A DNA stretch of 47,811 bases, from positions 1-47,811 of the forward strand of contig JAQXEV010000034.1 in NCBI GenBank assembly GCA_029250665.1, read 5' to 3'. The notes under the pieces are model-generated. The model made no database searches and was not told the DNA's origin. It saw nothing but the letters and a program-made list of their open reading frames with translations. Position 1 is the stretch's first letter; the number at the start of each line of letters is the position of its first letter. Position numbers and translations under genes: made by a program. Below are positions 45,152-47,811 of this stretch, piece by piece. This DNA comes from Candidatus Thalassarchaeaceae archaeon. GTDB lineage: Archaea; Thermoplasmatota; Poseidoniia; Poseidoniales; Thalassarchaeaceae.

Positions 45152-46570
45152 ATGATTACCGATGCCCAGGTCGTTCTCGCGATCTTCGTTCTCTCTTTCG
45201 CCTTGATTTTGTCTGAGGTGGTGCATCGTACAATCGCTGCCTGGTTTGGTTCCGTTCTGATGCTTCTCTACGGTCATGCGACCGGTATCTTCCACCTCCA
45301 CGAGGTCTACGATAACGCTGGTGAGGTGGTCAAAACATATACTCTAGAACACACGATGCTTGGTTGGATAGAGTTCGAGGTAATCGGGCTACTGCTTGGT
45401 ATGATGATCTTTGCATCAATTCTCGAACTCTGTGGTTTCTTCGAATATGTTGCTATCAAGGCCTCAAAGATGAGTGGTGGAGATCCCTGGAAACTCATCG
45501 TGCTTCTAGGTACTTTCACAACACTAATCTCATTGGTTATAGACAACGTCACTGCGATTATTATTATCGCACCCGTGACGTTGAGAATCTGCAATAAGTT
45601 GGAGATTAATCCAGTGCCTCCACTTCTGGCCGAAGCCATTCTCTCAGATACTGGCGGAGTGGCTTCGATGGTCGGCGACCCACCAAATGTGATGATTGCC
45701 GCACAGGCTCACGGAATGCCCGAGATTGCCGACTCGTTCGGCTTCAATGGCTTCCTATTCCGCCTTGGCATACTGACCCTAATCGCTTGGATTGCTACCT
45801 TGAGTTACTTCCGCTGGTATTACCGAGAATGGTCACAGCAGAAGCCCCCGCACGTTGACCTGCTAATGGAAGAGGACGAGTGGGACGCAATCACAGACAA
45901 GAGGCTGATGACCTCCACTCTGGTTCTCCTCGGCCTAACCGTCGTGATGTTCTCCGCCAAGGAGTTCCTGCACCTAGACATCGAGATTCATGCCATCGCT
46001 ATGGGTGGTGCTGGATTTGCTCTGATTGCAGCACGCCCACATGAAGAGGAATTGCGCGAGGGTTTCATCAACGACGTCGTTGACAAGGTCGAATGGCAAG
46101 CACTGTTGTTCTTCGCCGGCCTATTTCTATTGGTCGGCGCAGTCGGTGATGTGGGCTATCTTGAAAAATTGGCGAATTGGATCTTCGACAACTTCGGCTC
46201 CGACGAGGTTCTTCTCGCCGTCGCCATCATCTGGGTGTCGGCTTTCGCTAGCGCTCTGATTGACAACATCCCATTCACTGCGGCGATGATACCGGTCATT
46301 GTTAGCATCACTGAGGCAAGCGAGGCCACCGGAAATCCAATTTCCGCAGCCCCGCTTTTCTGGGCACTAGCGATGGGTGCTGGTTTCGGTGGTAATGCAA
46401 CTCCTATCGGATCTAGTGCGAATGTGATGGCTGTGGCTATCAGCGAGCGCGGCCCATATCCAATCACCACCAAGGAATGGATACGAGCTGGATTACCTGT
46501 TATGTTCATCACTTGTATCGTGGCGACGATTTTCATGATTGTATTCCACGGAACTTTGTACTCCTCCTAA
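45152..46570 (+). CDS. ArsB/NhaD-superfamily (CitMHS/YbiR-like) ion or anion permease
   Basis: A polytopic membrane protein. 'DTGGVASMVGDPPNVMIA' and 'SALIDNIPFTAAMIPVI' resemble conserved ArsB/NhaD permease blocks. The track ORF starts at TTG 45110; ATG at 45152 (MITDAQVVLAIFVL) is more plausible. Confidence 0.75.
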   Translation: MITDAQVVLAIFVLSFALILSEVVHRTIAAWFGSVLMLLYGHATGIFHLHEVYDNAGEVVKTYTLEHTMLGWIEFEVIGLLLGMMIFASILELCGFFEYVAIKASKMSGGDPWKLIVLLGTFTTLISLVIDNVTAIIIIAPVTLRICNKLEINPVPPLLAEAILSDTGGVASMVGDPPNVMIAAQAHGMPEIADSFGFNGFLFRLGILTLIAWIATLSYFRWYYREWSQQKPPHVDLLMEEDEWDAITDKRLMTSTLVLLGLTVVMFSAKEFLHLDIEIHAIAMGGAGFALIAARPHEEELREGFINDVVDKVEWQALLFFAGLFLLVGAVGDVGYLEKLANWIFDNFGSDEVLLAVAIIWVSAFASALIDNIPFTAAMIPVIVSITEASEATGNPISAAPLFWALAMGAGFGGNATPIGSSANVMAVAISERGPYPITTKEWIRAGLPVMFITCIVATIFMIVFHGTLYSS

Positions 46571-46662
46571 ATGAGTTCAAGCATCCGCTTTGACCGTTGA
46601 ATGTACCAAGTCATCCGTCCTAACCAACGGCTAGCCGCACATGGCTGCGACAGCATCAAGCG

Positions 46663-47169
46663 ATGATGACTCGGGCAAGGGGCATGCTTTCTTGTCCTGT
46701 GTGCCACATGGTGCTCAGCACGGCGGGAAACTGTTCACTCTGCGGCAGCGCAGTTCAGGGCGACGGACCACTAGAGTCGCCTAGCACCGCTACTCCAGAA
46801 GTGGGTATTCCATTTGGTCTCGGGGAGTCTACACAGAGCGAGGAGTTGAAGCATCTACCCTTTGGAATCGAAGATGCCCCAGAATCATCCCCTCAGAGCA
46901 TCCAGGCGTCCGGCGACTCCTCTCCGAGGCCAGACCTACCCTTCGGAATCGATGACGCCCCAGATGCCTCTGGAGCATCATCTTTGGAAACCGAAGCGGA
47001 GGAAGATGCCCAGATCGAACCTAATTCCAAACCTTTACTCTTCGGCCTAGATGACGCACCATCAGAAAACAACCAGAATTCCGAAGAAAAGGCACCTGCG
47101 GAGAGTCGAAATCCGTCCATAGAATTGCCCTATGGAATAGACCATATGCATCATACCCCTATCGATTGA
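46663..47169 (+). CDS. Acidic, probably disordered protein with an N-terminal zinc ribbon and five copies of a [LI]P[FY]G[IL](D/E)DAP-like motif
   Basis: The zinc ribbon is 'CPVCHMVLSTAGNCSLCG'. The motifs are 'IPFGLGES' (aa 49), 'LPFGIEDAP' (aa 65), 'LPFGIDDAP' (aa 92), 'LLFGLDDAP' (aa 125) and 'LPYGIDHM' (aa 155), separated by Ser/Pro/Glu-rich linkers. Confidence 0.6.
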   Translation: MMTRARGMLSCPVCHMVLSTAGNCSLCGSAVQGDGPLESPSTATPEVGIPFGLGESTQSEELKHLPFGIEDAPESSPQSIQASGDSSPRPDLPFGIDDAPDASGASSLETEAEEDAQIEPNSKPLLFGLDDAPSENNQNSEEKAPAESRNPSIELPYGIDHMHHTPID

Positions 47170-47430
47170 CCGAATCCGGCTCTCAATACCGCGTTCTCGA
47201 CCCACCTTTGGCGACCCGCGTACTTCATATAGCGAAGGTAGGTCGCACGCCTGCTTTTGGTGCACCCTTGTATGGGCACATACAGGGGGAAGTGGTCGAG
47301 AACGTTCCGCCCTGCGGGGAGACGGAGTGTTCTGAGAGACCAGATAGAATCGATATGCCTGGACACCAGAGGAGACGACTGAACATGTGTTCAGTCCTCA
47401 CAAAAAATAGTGGGTATGTAGAAATAAAAA

Positions 47431-47811
47431 TGCTACAACCCGACTGGGGGATGGCTCGGCTAGAGAGCCGAAGAAGGTCGTGACAAGCTGCGATAAGTCG
47501 CGGGGAGAGGCATGAATCTCATGGATCCGCGAATTGCCGAATGGGACCTCCTGGCGCTATGCGCCATTCCTATCAAAGGAAAGGGAACCCCCCGAACTGA
47601 AGCATCTCAGTAGGGGGAGGAAAAGAAATCAAACGAGATTCCGTAAGTAGTGGCGAATGAACACGGAATCGGACAAACCGAATCTCCTTGGGAAACCTTG
47701 GAGAGATGTGGGGTATGGACTGTCTCAGCCTAAATCATGGAAATGGAAATCGCCTGGAACGGCGTGCCACAGAGGGTGAAAGCCCCGTACATGCAAATGA
47801 TATGGTTATGT
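47431..47811 (+). rRNA. rrl: 23S (LSU) rRNA, 5' portion; continues beyond the window
   Basis: 'gctcggctagagagccgaagaaggtcgtgacaagctgcgataagtc' aligns with the conserved 23S 5' domain (E. coli ...GGCGATGAAGGACGTGCTAATCTGCGATAAGC). 'ccccgaactgaagcatctcagtagggggaggaaaagaaatcaaacgagattcc' matches GGGGAACTGAAACATCTAAGTACCCCGAGGAAAAGAAATCAACCGAGATTCC. The position of the mature 5' end is approximate (about +/-15 nt). Confidence 0.9.

Noticed and set aside
47166-47483. 105-aa plus-strand ORF overlapping the 23S leader and the 23S 5' end
   Set aside because: It runs into confidently identified rRNA sequence, and its composition is not protein-like. It is treated as non-coding leader.
1-47811. Checked for CRISPR arrays, transposases, integrases, reverse transcriptases/DGR repeats, toxin-antitoxin pairs, inteins in gltX/pheT, and tRNAs
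   Set aside because: No regularly spaced direct repeats were seen, no ORF has the corresponding catalytic motifs, and no cloverleaf-compatible intergenic sequence was found. The only tandem DNA repeat noted is the 33-nt coding duplication at 19624-19689.

Overview
The window reads as chromosomal DNA from an uncultured archaeon. It is most consistent with a marine Thermoplasmatota lineage (Marine Group II/Poseidoniales-like). That assignment is an inference, and it rests on three things. (1) Archaeal-type informational genes: uS15, RNase P Rpp21, archaeal PheT, archaeal-type GluRS, archaeosine synthase ArcS, type II GAPDH and RNase HII. (2) Bacterial-type add-ons: DnaJ, Adk, Pcp, MutT-like Nudix and TrhO. 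(3) A 23S rRNA 5' end at the right edge with no 16S gene anywhere upstream in the window. I call about 31 CDS. Roughly half of the bases encode eight secreted or membrane-anchored, very acidic proteins: 1-528 (partial), 611-1846, 1948-6189, 9795-15548, 21088-23235, 26583-28595, 31220-34057 and 39011-43798. They are built from S8 protease, parallel beta-helix, TSP3-like Ca-binding, propeller, PPC-like and CARDB-like modules, and they sit between core housekeeping genes rather than in a discrete island. I saw no CRISPR array, transposase, integrase, tRNA or reverse transcriptase. The most interesting items are: (a) a co-directional module of surface protein, membrane S8 protease, beta-helix adhesin and a wHTH-STAND-TPR NTPase (1-8779); (b) a 1917-aa TSP3-repeat/propeller giant; (c) a probable catalytically dead DHH (RecJ/Cdc45-like) protein just downstream of rps15; (d) a Pcp-Nudix fusion; (e) a giant S8 protease whose oxyanion-hole Asn is replaced by Asp; (f) a zinc-ribbon protein with five copies of an LPFGIDDAP-type linear motif next to an unlinked 23S rRNA gene. 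All calls come from reading the translations and the DNA by eye. No searches were run, so family assignments rest on recognised motifs only.
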